Shown here: one piece after another, positions 53,557-64,000 of the stretch
How the letters are laid out: each line of letters starts with the position of its first letter
Numbering within the stretch: position 1 is the first letter of the stretch
IMG/VR virus record: IMGVR_UViG_3300033153_006243
Coordinates: 21,444-85,443 of that record
Reading direction: 5' to 3' (one strand)
Length of the DNA: 64,000 nucleotides
Source of the DNA: a virus
Notes under the pieces: model-generated
What the model was told of the DNA's origin: nothing
Databases searched by the model: none
Seen by the model: the letters and a program-made list of their open reading frames with translations, nothing else
Position numbers and translations under genes: made by a program

Positions 53557-55106
53557 TTCCTACCCTCCAGATATGAGAATAGTTCCTCCCTAAGATCCTT
53601 TCCTTCCTTGTTAATCGCAAGCATCCGGGAATCGAAGCTCCCCTCCATCAGTAGGTCAATGAATACACAGGTATCTGCCCGCTGTCCTCCCCTTAGTATC
53701 CTCCCCTCTGATTGGTCCCGTAGGATAGCCGAGGGAACGTTGGAATAGTATATCTCAAGACTCGCCACCTGAAGCCCGTCTATCCCTTCCCCCCCGCTCT
53801 GTGGCTGGGCTATCATAATCTGCGCGTCCCCCTTCTCAAATCGTTCCATCCCGATCTCTCTCTCCCTCGTCGGTATCTCCCCACGTAGCGAGGCGAACTC
53901 CGCACCTATCCTATCGCACATCTCCTCCAGCATCCTCCCCTCCATAACGAATCTATGAAAGATAATCACCTGTTCATTCAGTGCCCGGATGAGCTCGGCC
54001 AGGTCGTCTATCTTCGGGTTGGACTTCAGAATTACCTCCTCCCCTTTCGGCCCTATGAACCCCCCGGCGATCTGGAATAGCCGCATCGCCTTCGACTCCG
54101 GGGAGAACTTCCATGCCTTATCCCCCAATTCCGCCTTGAGTTCCTCGGAGACGGATCTAAAGAGCCTCCATTGTTCCTTACTCGGCTCCACCCATCTCGT
54201 TTGGTAGATAGCTGGCGGGAGGCCCAGCATTTCCTTCCGCTCATAGGTCAGCACCGAATCCCTTAGCCTACCCATAATTTCCCTTTTCGCCCCGTCCTTC
54301 GGATACCAGTTCCACCCCATATAGTCCTCGTCAAAATATTTACTGCGAAAGGCGAAGAAGTTATAGCCAAGAGAAGCTCCCCCGTCCAGTATGTTCATCT
54401 CGGACCATAAGTCCAGCGTAGCCCGATTCACCGGGGTCGCGGTTAGTTCAATTACCCACTTCACTCTTTGGGATAGCTTTGCCGCGATTTTCGTCTGGAT
54501 AGCATTATAATTCCGTAGATGGTGTGCCTCGTCTAGGATAAGCCCATCTATCCCGATATCGTCGAAAAGGGACGGGTCAATGGCGTATTTCCTAGAGACT
54601 TTACTATCCGGCGATGTTCTTCTTCGTATTATGCTATGCTTCGTCTCTACCTTCGTACCAAACATATTCTTGAGGGACTCGTAATTGGTAACGATAAGAT
54701 TTACGGAGGATTTCTCAAGCTGCCCCCGCTTCTCCTCCCCCGTCCCAACAAGTTCCTCGATTTCTACCCCCGCCTTCGCCGCCTGTTTTCGCCACGTACG
54801 CTTTACAGGATTCGGGCAGACAACCAATATCTTTCTACAACCCCATAGCCCCATCATCCAAATCGAGGTAAGAGTTTTTCCCGAACCTATCCCGTGCCAG
54901 TAGGCAATGTGGTCCCTGCCGTCCACCCCAAAGGCCATCGAAACGCGCTGATGATGATAGGGATCAAGGGTAAAGTCGATTCCCTTGAATTCCCTTTCGA
55001 GTTCCTCCGGGGCAATCCGTTTGTAATCTACGGCATAAAGCCTCTCTTTAGGAACGGATTCCCCACAGACTTCCTTCAGGGTTTCCTTTAGCCAGTCATC
55101 ACTCAA
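53553..55106 (-). CDS. SNF2-like helicase
   Basis: GSGKT, DEAH, TATP, QSEGRILRGGQ. Confidence 0.9.
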   Translation of the reverse strand: MSDDWLKETLKEVCGESVPKERLYAVDYKRIAPEELEREFKGIDFTLDPYHHQRVSMAFGVDGRDHIAYWHGIGSGKTLTSIWMMGLWGCRKILVVCPNPVKRTWRKQAAKAGVEIEELVGTGEEKRGQLEKSSVNLIVTNYESLKNMFGTKVETKHSIIRRRTSPDSKVSRKYAIDPSLFDDIGIDGLILDEAHHLRNYNAIQTKIAAKLSQRVKWVIELTATPVNRATLDLWSEMNILDGGASLGYNFFAFRSKYFDEDYMGWNWYPKDGAKREIMGRLRDSVLTYERKEMLGLPPAIYQTRWVEPSKEQWRLFRSVSEELKAELGDKAWKFSPESKAMRLFQIAGGFIGPKGEEVILKSNPKIDDLAELIRALNEQVIIFHRFVMEGRMLEEMCDRIGAEFASLRGEIPTREREIGMERFEKGDAQIMIAQPQSGGEGIDGLQVASLEIYYSNVPSAILRDQSEGRILRGGQRADTCVFIDLLMEGSFDSRMLAINKEGKDLREELFSYLEGRK

Positions 55107-56109
55107 TTCCTACCCTCATCAGGTCTTGAATATCAATCATGCCTACGGGCTTACCACCGCCATCGACAACGGGGATCTCGTCCACTTTATGTTCCTTCAT
55201 AAGGGCATAGGCATCAAGGGCGCTATGGCCTAAAGAAATAGTAATGGGATTCTCCGACATCGGTTTTCCAACATTGGGGACAACGTGGGTTCCTTTCACC
55301 AGGTTTGATTCTTCGAGGTAGGAGATTATCCATCTTCTTACATCTCCATCCGTCATTATTCCTTTCAATACCCCGTCAAGATTGACTACACAGATAGCCC
55401 CCCCTTTAGCCTCTGTAATCTTCTGGAGGGCCTCCCGAATCGAACACATACTAACACAAGTAGCAAACTCCTTCCGCATCACATCGGAAGCCTTCAGGTT
55501 CCTTAGCCCTATTCCCCCGCCTGGATGGGTTTCGCAGAATTTATTCTCGTCGATTCCCGCCCGCCTCATTAGGCAGATACAGATTGCATCCCCTACCGCC
55601 ATCATCGCGGTAGTCGATAGGGAGGGAATAATGGGGTCCTTTATCGGCCCCGTCCAAAGAAGGATAGATGCCCTCCGCGCAAGACGGGATTCCCTATTCG
55701 TAGTTACGACAAAGATAAACATCACCGGTATCCTCTTCCGTAGGTACTCCATTAAATCTACTAACTCTTTCGTTTCCCCGGATGCGGAGAAAATGAAGAG
55801 GATATCATATATAGTTAATGATGCAACGTCCCCATGTTTCGCTTCAGTCGGGTGGAGGAACGGCCCAGTCGAATATCCCAGGCTCGCTAAGGTTGCCCGG
55901 AATTTTTCGGCGACGAACCTAGATTTACCTACACCAGAAACGTAGATGATCCCCTCGTTTTCCTCGATGCTTTTCACTACCCCCTCGATAGCGTTCGGAA
56001 GGCTTACCATGCCCGCCATCTCCTCCATGATTTCACTTAGCCCCATAAAGTAGTTCTCCGTTATTTTCGCGACGCTCATCACATCCACCCCCATTCTACA
56101 TAACTCCAC
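55099..56109 (-). CDS. kpsF: KpsF/GutQ-family arabinose-5-phosphate isomerase (SIS plus two CBS domains)
   Basis: GVGKS..FLHPTEAKHGD..SASGET..STTAMMAVGDA..HPGG..TDGDVRR. Confidence 0.9.
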   Translation of the reverse strand: MELCRMGVDVMSVAKITENYFMGLSEIMEEMAGMVSLPNAIEGVVKSIEENEGIIYVSGVGKSRFVAEKFRATLASLGYSTGPFLHPTEAKHGDVASLTIYDILFIFSASGETKELVDLMEYLRKRIPVMFIFVVTTNRESRLARRASILLWTGPIKDPIIPSLSTTAMMAVGDAICICLMRRAGIDENKFCETHPGGGIGLRNLKASDVMRKEFATCVSMCSIREALQKITEAKGGAICVVNLDGVLKGIMTDGDVRRWIISYLEESNLVKGTHVVPNVGKPMSENPITISLGHSALDAYALMKEHKVDEIPVVDGGGKPVGMIDIQDLMRVGIE

Positions 56110-56378
56110 GGCCTAGTTAAATACATCTGTAACGCAACGAGGGACATTTCCATCAACGGCTCCGGGTCCCTGAATACCGCGAGATGCGCTTCTCCCTCCC
56201 TCAATCTCTCTTCCTCCTCTTCGGTTATATCCCCGATAACGAACCGTCGCGGGAACGCCTCCCCGAAAAATGTTAGCATTCTCGCCTTACCGACATCCTC
56301 GATAATCCAATCCTTTCCCTCGATTCTCCTCGTCGAGGAAAGTGCCTCTCTAATCCTTTTCCACACCTTGTCGTTCAT
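56079..56378 (-). CDS. Hypothetical protein
   Basis: Operon packing. Confidence 0.5.
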   Translation of the reverse strand: MNDKVWKRIREALSSTRRIEGKDWIIEDVGKARMLTFFGEAFPRRFVIGDITEEEEERLREGEAHLAVFRDPEPLMEMSLVALQMYLTRPWSYVEWGWM

Positions 56379-57735
56379 GGGGTTTACTCCATAAGGCGAA
56401 TTGTCCCGTCTCGAATTGCCTCCTCACGACGCACTTGCCAAACTGGGGGCCTGAACGGTTCGCCGAAACGTATAGAATGGCCTCTTCGCTCGCATTATCC
56501 CGTTGCTGCCTATTCTGCCAGATGGCGATACCGAGGTCGATGTTCCCCGCCTTACGAATATCCTCGGCGAAATCGTCCATTTTTGGTTCGCCCGACGATA
56601 CTGCCTGCCGCCGCACTTGGGATGCAGTCACCATCAGGAGATTCCTTTCGTCGGCCACCCGCTTATGCCAGATATACAGTTCGTTAAGGCGGTGACGTAA
56701 GTCCTCATTGCTCTTCGATGTCGTACTCATCAGGTCCGCATAATCGTTCAGGATTACGTCCGGCGTAAAGTTCTCAAACGTCTCAAGCTGGTTAAGGTAT
56801 CTCTCGATCTCCTCTGGCGTCGCCGCACCCATCGCATATTTCTTTAGGATTAGTCTCCCCTCGTGCGTAAGGATTTCCTTTCGCTTCTTCTTCACTGCAT
56901 CCTGATCAAATATAGTAGGTCTGAACTCCCGCCTTCGGATATATCTCCCCCTATTATCCTCCCCAAGCTCCCAATCGAAGAATTCAATCTCTCTTCCCTC
57001 CTCAGTGGAAACAAAGCTCCCAAAGGCCATATCGTATCTATCCTCCATCTCCTCCATCGTCATCTCATGGGAAATGTGAAGTACCTTCAAACCCCGTAGC
57101 ATCGCGTACTTCCCGATATGAATCAGGAACCATGACTTCCCCGACTTAAACGCCCCCTGTATACAAACGAGCTTCTTCCTCTTAAGGTAACCTATCATCT
57201 TATCCAGGTCGTCAATCCCCCAGGACATTAGCTTATCAGTCTCTTCCTTCTTGAATCTAATTGGTATTTTCGTAGGGGAATAGACGAGCCCCTTATCGTC
57301 CGTCCCCACCCCGGACTTCAGCGCCTTATACATCAAAAGCTGGGCTTCTACAAACTGCTCCTTCGAGAGAAGTTCCGCAAACTTAATTGAGGCCGACTCA
57401 AGCTCCCTTAGCCGAACGTAGTCGCTATACCTCTTAAGAATATAGTTTCGGTTAGGCGGGCCGAGTGCCTCCAGCTTGGCGACGTAGGAAAGGAGGAGTT
57501 CTTTTTCGCTATTCGGCATATCGAGGGCCTCGCGGACGATCTCGTCCTCGATATGCTGTTTGGGGGCCGCCCCGCAGGCGTCGAAGAACTGGATGCATAG
57601 CTTAATTAGTGTCCTCGCGGCGGCGGAGGTGAACTGCTCCGGCTTAAGGGTTTGCCTTATGGTTTTCAGAAAGTCGGCGTCGGAGATGCATAGCTTAATC
57701 ACCGAGTCCTGATAAGTCTGTTCAAGAACCTTCAC
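56350..57735 (-). CDS. DnaB-like replicative helicase
   Basis: GAFKSGKS, ISHEM, DYADLM, TASQ, NRSG. Confidence 0.9.
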   Translation of the reverse strand: MKVLEQTYQDSVIKLCISDADFLKTIRQTLKPEQFTSAAARTLIKLCIQFFDACGAAPKQHIEDEIVREALDMPNSEKELLLSYVAKLEALGPPNRNYILKRYSDYVRLRELESASIKFAELLSKEQFVEAQLLMYKALKSGVGTDDKGLVYSPTKIPIRFKKEETDKLMSWGIDDLDKMIGYLKRKKLVCIQGAFKSGKSWFLIHIGKYAMLRGLKVLHISHEMTMEEMEDRYDMAFGSFVSTEEGREIEFFDWELGEDNRGRYIRRREFRPTIFDQDAVKKKRKEILTHEGRLILKKYAMGAATPEEIERYLNQLETFENFTPDVILNDYADLMSTTSKSNEDLRHRLNELYIWHKRVADERNLLMVTASQVRRQAVSSGEPKMDDFAEDIRKAGNIDLGIAIWQNRQQRDNASEEAILYVSANRSGPQFGKCVVRRQFETGQFALWSKPHERQGVEKD

Positions 57736-58121
57736 TCAGGGGCTCCTCCTGATATACAAAGCATCTTCTCGCGAAGTAGTTTTAAGACATCTTTAGCTAT
57801 GTCAACTATACCTCCGTAGAACGCCGTTCTATGTTTACTATCACTAGGGCACCGCCCCCCTCCCCCTATATTATACCGGGCAATTGTTTTTACTATCCAC
57901 TTCTCTAATTCTACTTCTGGTATATTGCTACGAAGATATTTTAGGATATCTCCCGCCATAGCGTACTGCCCTTCATTAAACGCCGCCCCCACCTCATTGC
58001 CCCGCTCTATTTGCTCCCATCTATCCATATCGGCTAGGCGTATTCTATGGTTCAAATTCTTCTCTAATATAACTCCTAGATGAACATTATCTAGCATCAC
58101 TCCACCTCCTTTTAGAATCAT
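57732..58121 (-). CDS. Hypothetical protein (AT-richer)
   Basis: AGGAGG before the internal ATG (MLDNV). Confidence 0.55.
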   Translation of the reverse strand: MILKGGGVMLDNVHLGVILEKNLNHRIRLADMDRWEQIERGNEVGAAFNEGQYAMAGDILKYLRSNIPEVELEKWIVKTIARYNIGGGGRCPSDSKHRTAFYGGIVDIAKDVLKLLREKMLCISGGAPE

Positions 58122-58243
58122 TTATCTTCTCTTCTATCATCCAACTATGTCCCTCCGCAGTCAGCGTCCATCGGCAGACGCCGAAGAACCCCAATTCCCA
58201 ATCAAGATACGGGGGTTCAAGAAACCTACTTGGAATAAGCGGA

Positions 58244-58450
58244 TTAGGCATCCATAGGCTCCTCCGAAATATATGGCGGGGTTGCGCCAAACTGGGAGGC
58301 AAGTATGGCTATCGCACAACAACCCCTCTCGCGATTACGCTTATCATACGTCCTCATCCACCAAGCGCAGTCCTTCCCCATACAATGACAAGAGGTGTCC
58401 TCCGGCCCTATTGCAAGCAGAGGGCAGATCAAATCGCTCGCCCTTTCCAT
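58244..58450 (-). CDS. Small Cys-rich phage protein
   Basis: CPLL..C..CAWW..CAI. Confidence 0.65.
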   Translation of the reverse strand: MERASDLICPLLAIGPEDTSCHCMGKDCAWWMRTYDKRNRERGCCAIAILASQFGATPPYISEEPMDA

Positions 58451-58452
58451 CT

Positions 58453-59643
58453 CTATTCCCCCTTAAAAAATACAGGCATTACTACATATTTATATCTCCC
58501 ATCGTCCATCCGAACCGAAGCAGGAAGCGTTGGCTCCTTTACCATGAACGGAATAGTCGTCTCGTCCAGCTCCTTTTTCACCGCGGCTAGGAAGTCCTCA
58601 AGGAAATGGGGGTTAAACCCGATCTCCATTGGACTACCTTTATACGTGCCGCCGGGAATCAACGCCACCGCCTTCATCCCTTCGCTATCCTCTGCATCAA
58701 GATTGATTCCCTTTCGGCTTAGCTTAAACCTGACAGCAGGAGAATCCCGGTTCACTGCCACCGAAACCGCATCAAGAGCATCCCCCAATGCAGCAATCGG
58801 AAGGTTTACACAGATATAACCCTTATCTATGCCGTCGAATACTGTCTGGCATGGGGGGAATTGCCCTTCGATAGTACGGGTGGCCACCTCTCCCTTCGGC
58901 GTCTGGAAGACAACTACGTTTTCCAAGTCGGGGAATATCCTAACTTCCCCCTTTCCGTCAACCATTCCCCGAAGCGCCTTAATCGCCTGGATCGGCAAGA
59001 TGGCCTCGAATGGAACTACCTCCCTCTCTATGGGCTTCTTTCCGTCATCTAGAAGGTTTCTCTTCAGAATCGAAGAAGTAGGGTTCAGCTCGTATCTCGC
59101 AATCCTCTTCATATCCGTCGCAGTCAGGCAGATTTTCTTACCCTTCTCGACACTAAGGAGGAGGCCGTTCAGTGCATATCTCTTCCGTTCCCTTGCCATT
59201 GCAAAACTCGTGAGCCGGATACCCTTGAGAATCTCCGCCCCCGGAACTACAACTGATGATCCTTCCGCTTGCGGGACTTCGGGATAGTCGGCGGGATCGT
59301 CCGCCAGAATCTCCACTTCCCCGCCGCCTGCTACATCCAGGAGGACACGGCTTCCCACAGCTTCGTCATCCGGGGTACGAATAGTGATAAGCCCCTTCGC
59401 CGCACTAGCCGGTCCCAGGAGTCCTATGTAAGGGCAGGCGATGTTTCCCTCTTCGACGATCTCCGCGTCTAGATTCACCCGTATCCCTACCTCTAGATCG
59501 GTCGTAGTCGCCGTTATCTTCCCTCCCCCCGCCTCCAGAAGTACGTCCGCCAATATCGGCTTGAAGTGGTTCTTCTTGGAAATTACCGGCCCCAATAGGG
59601 ATAACGACTTCTTCAACACCTTAGAATCCACGACGATCTTCAT
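58453..59643 (-). CDS. dnaN: DNA polymerase III beta sliding clamp
   Basis: TTDLEVGI, RYALNG, ATDMKR, GQFP, IGFNPHFL, YVVMPV. Confidence 0.93.
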   Translation of the reverse strand: MKIVVDSKVLKKSLSLLGPVISKKNHFKPILADVLLEAGGGKITATTTDLEVGIRVNLDAEIVEEGNIACPYIGLLGPASAAKGLITIRTPDDEAVGSRVLLDVAGGGEVEILADDPADYPEVPQAEGSSVVVPGAEILKGIRLTSFAMARERKRYALNGLLLSVEKGKKICLTATDMKRIARYELNPTSSILKRNLLDDGKKPIEREVVPFEAILPIQAIKALRGMVDGKGEVRIFPDLENVVVFQTPKGEVATRTIEGQFPPCQTVFDGIDKGYICVNLPIAALGDALDAVSVAVNRDSPAVRFKLSRKGINLDAEDSEGMKAVALIPGGTYKGSPMEIGFNPHFLEDFLAAVKKELDETTIPFMVKEPTLPASVRMDDGRYKYVVMPVFFKGE

Positions 59644-59838
59644 CTATTCCTCCTTCTCTATAATTTCTTCCGTGTAATCAAACCATGACGGGAACTCAAA
59701 ATTCCAAGCGTGCATAAAATCGGCCTCTCCATTTGCGATCCGTCTTGCCTTAATCTTCGCAAATTTCTCGTTCCTTGCCCGTACTTCGATCCTTCGATCA
59801 CAATGAATATTAGTTGAGACCTTAACGAGATACTTCAC
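59644..59838 (-). CDS. Hypothetical protein
   Basis: AGGAGG RBS. Confidence 0.55.
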   Translation of the reverse strand: MKYLVKVSTNIHCDRRIEVRARNEKFAKIKARRIANGEADFMHAWNFEFPSWFDYTEEIIEKEE

Positions 59839-60032
59839 TTCTACTCCTCCTTTGCTATCACGATTTTCCGAATCCAGAATCTAAGTTTCATTCTCAAGGC
59901 GTCCAAGTCCATCCGCTCCCCCGGTGTCAGGCCGTTCTCCTCGTCGTCTGACTTATTACGGAGGAAAGTATGTATCCTCCTAAGCGTCCATAGCCTATCT
60001 CTCATAGAACTCCCTTTCACCTTATTATACCC

Positions 60033-60818
60033 CTAGAATCTACTTCCGGGGAAAAGTTTCTGGAGATATTGTACGAAATATGAACTCCAGAATTGCGAAC
60101 TCGACAGCATCCCAAACCGAACCAGGCCGGGGGCGGCATAATCAATTAGAGCACGAAATACTATTCCCACCAGTTCGTCCTCATCCGTCGGGACCTTCCC
60201 GATATAAACCTTCAGCCGCTTTGCCGCTATGACAAAATTTCGATATTCATAGGATGGGTTCGACAATTCTAATGTCTTTCCAGATACTAACGGGCCGTAG
60301 GATGCTATCAGTTTCCCGGTCAGTTCGGGATTCTCGTCCCGTATCGGCTGCGGATCCTCCCTCTCCCACCATAGCTTTTTCCCCTCCTTCTGCGCCTTGA
60401 GGATCGCTTTCAAAAATGATTCTAGATTCTTGTATCCGTGGTTCATCACAGGACTTCCCCAAAGATGCCTTCCCCCCCGGCACACATCGAGATAGATATA
60501 GATTCTCTCGATAATCTCCGTATGGCTGAAGGAAAGCAGGGCTATCCGCAATCCCTTTCGGAAGGCCGCGGAATCCTCCTGTTGCTGGTTCCTGGTCTCC
60601 TTTGGCGATAGGGGACGGGATAGTTCGTTCCAAGCGGATAGGATGGTACATTCATCCTCCGTTAGCGGTGGCTGCTTCTCCTCCCTCTTCCTACCAAGAA
60701 TCTTTCGGGGACCCCTCGATTCTACCGGGGTGATCTTGATTCTACCCATCCCCGCCCACCCACGAATGAAGGCTTCAACGGGAATCTCTATCTCAAGCCT
60801 TATTTTCTTTTTGTCCAT
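60033..60818 (-). CDS. Hypothetical protein, possibly replication initiator-related
   Basis: AGGAGG RBS; heads the replication operon. Confidence 0.6.
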   Translation of the reverse strand: MDKKKIRLEIEIPVEAFIRGWAGMGRIKITPVESRGPRKILGRKREEKQPPLTEDECTILSAWNELSRPLSPKETRNQQQEDSAAFRKGLRIALLSFSHTEIIERIYIYLDVCRGGRHLWGSPVMNHGYKNLESFLKAILKAQKEGKKLWWEREDPQPIRDENPELTGKLIASYGPLVSGKTLELSNPSYEYRNFVIAAKRLKVYIGKVPTDEDELVGIVFRALIDYAAPGLVRFGMLSSSQFWSSYFVQYLQKLFPGSRF

Positions 60819-61133
60819 TATTTTTTCCTCCTATTATACCATAAATGGCTTCAACTTCATAAAACTGAACCCCACATATATATCCCTATATACCCTTCTT
60901 TTCTCCCCCCTGATTTCCCCCGATTTCCACCACCCCACCCCCCCTCTAAAGAGGGGGGTGGTGGGATGGATTGGAAAGACACGGGGAGGAATATTCAGGT
61001 TGGGGGGAGGAAAGGAAAAAGAGGGGATATGAAAATATAGAAAAATAGAATGGAAAAAATCTAGACTATTAGTATTGAAATAGATATTCACCCGGCAAGC
61101 CTTTAGGCTAGAGAAGTTTATCCGTCCATCTTG

Positions 61134-61201
61134 TTATACCAGAAAAATTTTCCATCCGTTCGGATTTTTTTCCTACGGATGGATTTATTCTTGGGTATAA
61201 T
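61134..61201. promoter_or_regulatory. Back-to-back divergent promoter pair
   Basis: ACGGATGGA-N10-GGTATAA on both strands. Confidence 0.7.
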
Positions 61202-61245
61202 CAAGTGTAGGGCAACTCTTCCCCGATTCCTTTTGGAGGTGGCCG

Positions 61246-62304
61246 ATGAAGATTGATCGAGCAAAGTTAGTCGGAGTTCTTGAATCTCTATCCCCCCTAG
61301 CATCCGCCGATTTGCTGACGGCGTTCAGCCGACATGCGGCGTTCCTTGGGGACAGGGTGCTTGCTACGGATACGATGGTATGGGGAGAGATGAATTCCCC
61401 GGTTGATATGAGGATTGCCCTTGACGTTCCGAAGTGGCTTGCCCTTCTCAAGTCCCTGAAGAAGCATAAGAGCGTCGAGATCGCCGTAGATGAAACGGGG
61501 AATCGAGTAGAATTAAAGGCCCCTCGGCATTCCTCGAAGCATATCTCCACAGTTTCCGTTGATGCCTTTCCTGAACGGCCTTCTCCGTCGGACAAGGCTT
61601 CCCCTTGGGATATGGATGCCGAGGAGGACGAGAGTACATTTTGCATCGGCCTTGAGAAGTGTGCGGCCCTTGCGGCTCAGGCAGGCGGGGAATACGGGGC
61701 TATCTACCTCTCCGAGGATGGGATGTACGCGACAGATCGCTATCGCGCCTGCTGGTTCCCGTTTGCCTTCCCGCATCTCAAGGGGGGGAAGTGGGTGGTA
61801 CTCCATCTTCGGTTCGTAGATATGCTGAGGAAGTGGGGCGTCCCGGAGAGTCTAAGGCTAGAGGGAGGGGTTATCGAGGCGGCATACGAAGATAAGAAAC
61901 TTTCCGGTAGGTTTAGGGAGGAGAAGTTCCCCGAACCCCTGATTAAGCTTCTCCATGAGGGAAGTAAGTCTGAGTTCAGTCCCTACCCCGACGATTTGGG
62001 GGGGGCATTATCGCGGCTTGCGTTGGTGAGGGCGGACACGAAGGAGGAATCGGGGCTTAAGATTAGCGGGGGTGGCTGGAGACTGGTACACCAGGGCGTC
62101 GCCGGAGAGGTGAGCGAGAATCTCATAGGGAAATATGATGTTGAGGCTCCGATTGATCTGGAGATATATTCCGGGTTCTTCACCGAGGCGATAGGGAGGA
62201 CGGATCAGTGGGTAGTGGTAGATTCGGGGGATTCGGCGAAATTCTACTTCCGGGACGAGGATACCGGATTTATAGAAATGGTGGCGGTTGGAAAGGGAAA
62301 GTGA
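61246..62304 (+). CDS. Divergent sliding-clamp (DnaN-like) protein
   Basis: MKIDRAKL, VLATD, DAFP, YATDRYR and KFP; 352 aa; directly upstream of the polymerase. Confidence 0.7.
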   Translation: MKIDRAKLVGVLESLSPLASADLLTAFSRHAAFLGDRVLATDTMVWGEMNSPVDMRIALDVPKWLALLKSLKKHKSVEIAVDETGNRVELKAPRHSSKHISTVSVDAFPERPSPSDKASPWDMDAEEDESTFCIGLEKCAALAAQAGGEYGAIYLSEDGMYATDRYRACWFPFAFPHLKGGKWVVLHLRFVDMLRKWGVPESLRLEGGVIEAAYEDKKLSGRFREEKFPEPLIKLLHEGSKSEFSPYPDDLGGALSRLALVRADTKEESGLKISGGGWRLVHQGVAGEVSENLIGKYDVEAPIDLEIYSGFFTEAIGRTDQWVVVDSGDSAKFYFRDEDTGFIEMVAVGKGK

Positions 62305-62307
62305 TTC

Positions 62308-64000
62308 GTGCCTATTAAGAGTTTACTAAGTGCCTGTGAGGTATGTTCCCTGAAGAACTCTTGCCAGAGCCCTAAGATCGATCCCTACGGCGAAGGTGGG
62401 AGGAGGATTCTCATCATTGGGGAGGCCCCTGGTAAGCAGGAGGATGCACAGGGAATACCCTTCGTCGGCCTTTCCGGTAGGAAGCTGAAGAAGAATCTTA
62501 GAGCTGCGGGCATCGATCTCGATAGGGACTGCGTGAGGACGAACATAGTCCAGTGTTTCCCCGGAAATTCCTCCGTGAACTTCGATCAGGCGAGGAAGTG
62601 CTGGGAAAGGTTGGAAAAGCAGATAGAGGAGGCCAATCCCGATCTTATCATTGCCCTTGGGGGTAAGTCTGTTTCCTTCCTATTGGACGAACTGTGCGGG
62701 TACTCTGCGGGGGGGATCAATATCTCAAGTCTTCGGGGACAGATTATTCCGGTAAGGAAACTGGATTGTTGGATGCTCTGTGAGTTTCATCCGGCATATC
62801 TTCTTAGGCAGGAGGACCCCGTACTTGACAGACTGATGGTTAGGGATTTCGGGGAGGCCGTCGGGAGGATGAAGGAACCACTACCGGAACTTCTTGATCC
62901 AAAGGGATTCGAGATAATTGAATTGGTAGGGCGGGCGGAAACTGTTTTCGACGGGCTTATCTCTATGGGTTCTAAGGTTTCATTCGACTATGAGACTACG
63001 GCGCTATCCCCGTTTGTAGCGGGAGCGGATATTCTCGGTGTCGGGTTTGCTAATAATCCTAACGGGGGGTATTTTCTTCCATTGCTTTTGGGGAAGTGGT
63101 CGAAAGGGGACTATAAGGAGATAGAGAGATTGTGGAGGGGGTTCCTTTCCTCCGGCCTCGAATTCGTAGCACAGCATCAGATGTTTGAGCGGATATGGTC
63201 GGTGGAGAAGTTCGGGGTGAACCCCAATATCGAACTTGATACTATTCTCCTTGCCCATATTAAAGATGAGCGGCGGGGGATTAAGGGACTTGGGTTCCAG
63301 GTGTTCTCGAATTACGGAGATATCTATAAGGGCAGGATGGATAGGAAGGCAATAGTCTCCGAGACACTGGAATCGGTAGCGGAGTATTGCTGTTTGGATG
63401 CCCGTTATACCCTACGGCTTGCGGGGGATTATCTTTCGGGGATGGATGTAGAGGATATCAAGGCTTATGGGGTGTTTCAGAATTCGGTTCCCGTCTTGGC
63501 GGAGATGACGGCGAACGGGGTGAAAATTGATCTTGATGTGATGTCCCGGATATCTGACGAAGTTCAGGGGAAGAAGGATTCCCTTGAAAAGCGGCTAAAA
63601 GATTCCCCGATAGTCAAACCCTTTACGAAGAGGGGAAAGCAGTTTAATCCCGCATCCTCCCCGAATATTTCCGAATTGCTTTATAAGATACATGGGCTGG
63701 TTCCGGTTAGAAAGACGGCGAAGGGGGAACCATCTGCGGCTACACCCGCACTCAACCAGCACCTTCTCGATAGAGATCTAGATAAGGGTATGAGGGAATT
63801 CATCGAGCTTATCCTTCAGTATAAGAAGATGAGCAAGATGGAGTCTACATATACTGATAGCTTTATCAAGGCAGCAGATCAGGACGGGATTCTACACCCG
63901 AACTTCCTCCTACATACGACGGAGACGTATAGAAGCTCGTCTACCGAGCCTAATATCCAACAAGTTCCGAGGAGGGATGATGAGTTGAGCTTCGACCGTA
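62308..64000 (+). CDS. Family A DNA polymerase with N-terminal UDG family-4-like domain (truncated by window end)
   Basis: Manual translation from GTG 62308: [29 protein letters not shown] (ExoI), [18 protein letters not shown]. Confidence 0.92.
   Translation, partial: MPIKSLLSACEVCSLKNSCQSPKIDPYGEGGRRILIIGEAPGKQEDAQGIPFVGLSGRKLKKNLRAAGIDLDRDCVRTNIVQCFPGNSSVNFDQARKCWERLEKQIEEANPDLIIALGGKSVSFLLDELCGYSAGGINISSLRGQIIPVRKLDCWMLCEFHPAYLLRQEDPVLDRLMVRDFGEAVGRMKEPLPELLDPKGFEIIELVGRAETVFDGLISMGSKVSFDYETTALSPFVAGADILGVGFANNPNGGYFLPLLLGKWSKGDYKEIERLWRGFLSSGLEFVAQHQMFERIWSVEKFGVNPNIELDTILLAHIKDERRGIKGLGFQVFSNYGDIYKGRMDRKAIVSETLESVAEYCCLDARYTLRLAGDYLSGMDVEDIKAYGVFQNSVPVLAEMTANGVKIDLDVMSRISDEVQGKKDSLEKRLKDSPIVKPFTKRGKQFNPASSPNISELLYKIHGLVPVRKTAKGEPSAATPALNQHLLDRDLDKGMREFIELILQYKKMSKMESTYTDSFIKAADQDGILHPNFLLHTTETYRSSSTEPNIQQVPRRDDELSFDR

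Overview
This window is a 64-kb slice of a tailed dsDNA phage (siphovirus-like: HK97-type portal and capsid, long tape measure, no sheath gene seen). On the + strand (1-43470) it runs from a 29-bp tandem array and a DNA methyltransferase through small accessory genes, TerS, glycan and radical-SAM genes, TerL, portal, head and tail genes to a tRNA/ncRNA cluster. On the - strand (43508-60818) lie a sigma-like factor, a QueD-like gene, early genes, primase, a second methyltransferase, SNF2 and DnaB-like helicases, KpsF and DnaN. From 61246 the + strand carries a second clamp-like gene and a UDG-fused family A polymerase that runs off the end. The strongest candidate for a new system is the methyltransferase at 605-3064. 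It holds two separate insertions that stay open in its own frame while each hides a complete HNH endonuclease in the -1 frame, and one has its own perfectly spaced promoter and RBS inside the host codons. Other highlights are a kissing-loop RNA heading the tRNA operon, two structurally deviant tRNA-Gly-like RNAs, a prohead protease split around a promoter-leader-terminator element, a dispersed Kdo/sialyl-type glycosylation toolkit, and two recurring promoter motifs. All calls come from reading motifs by eye; no database searches were run.
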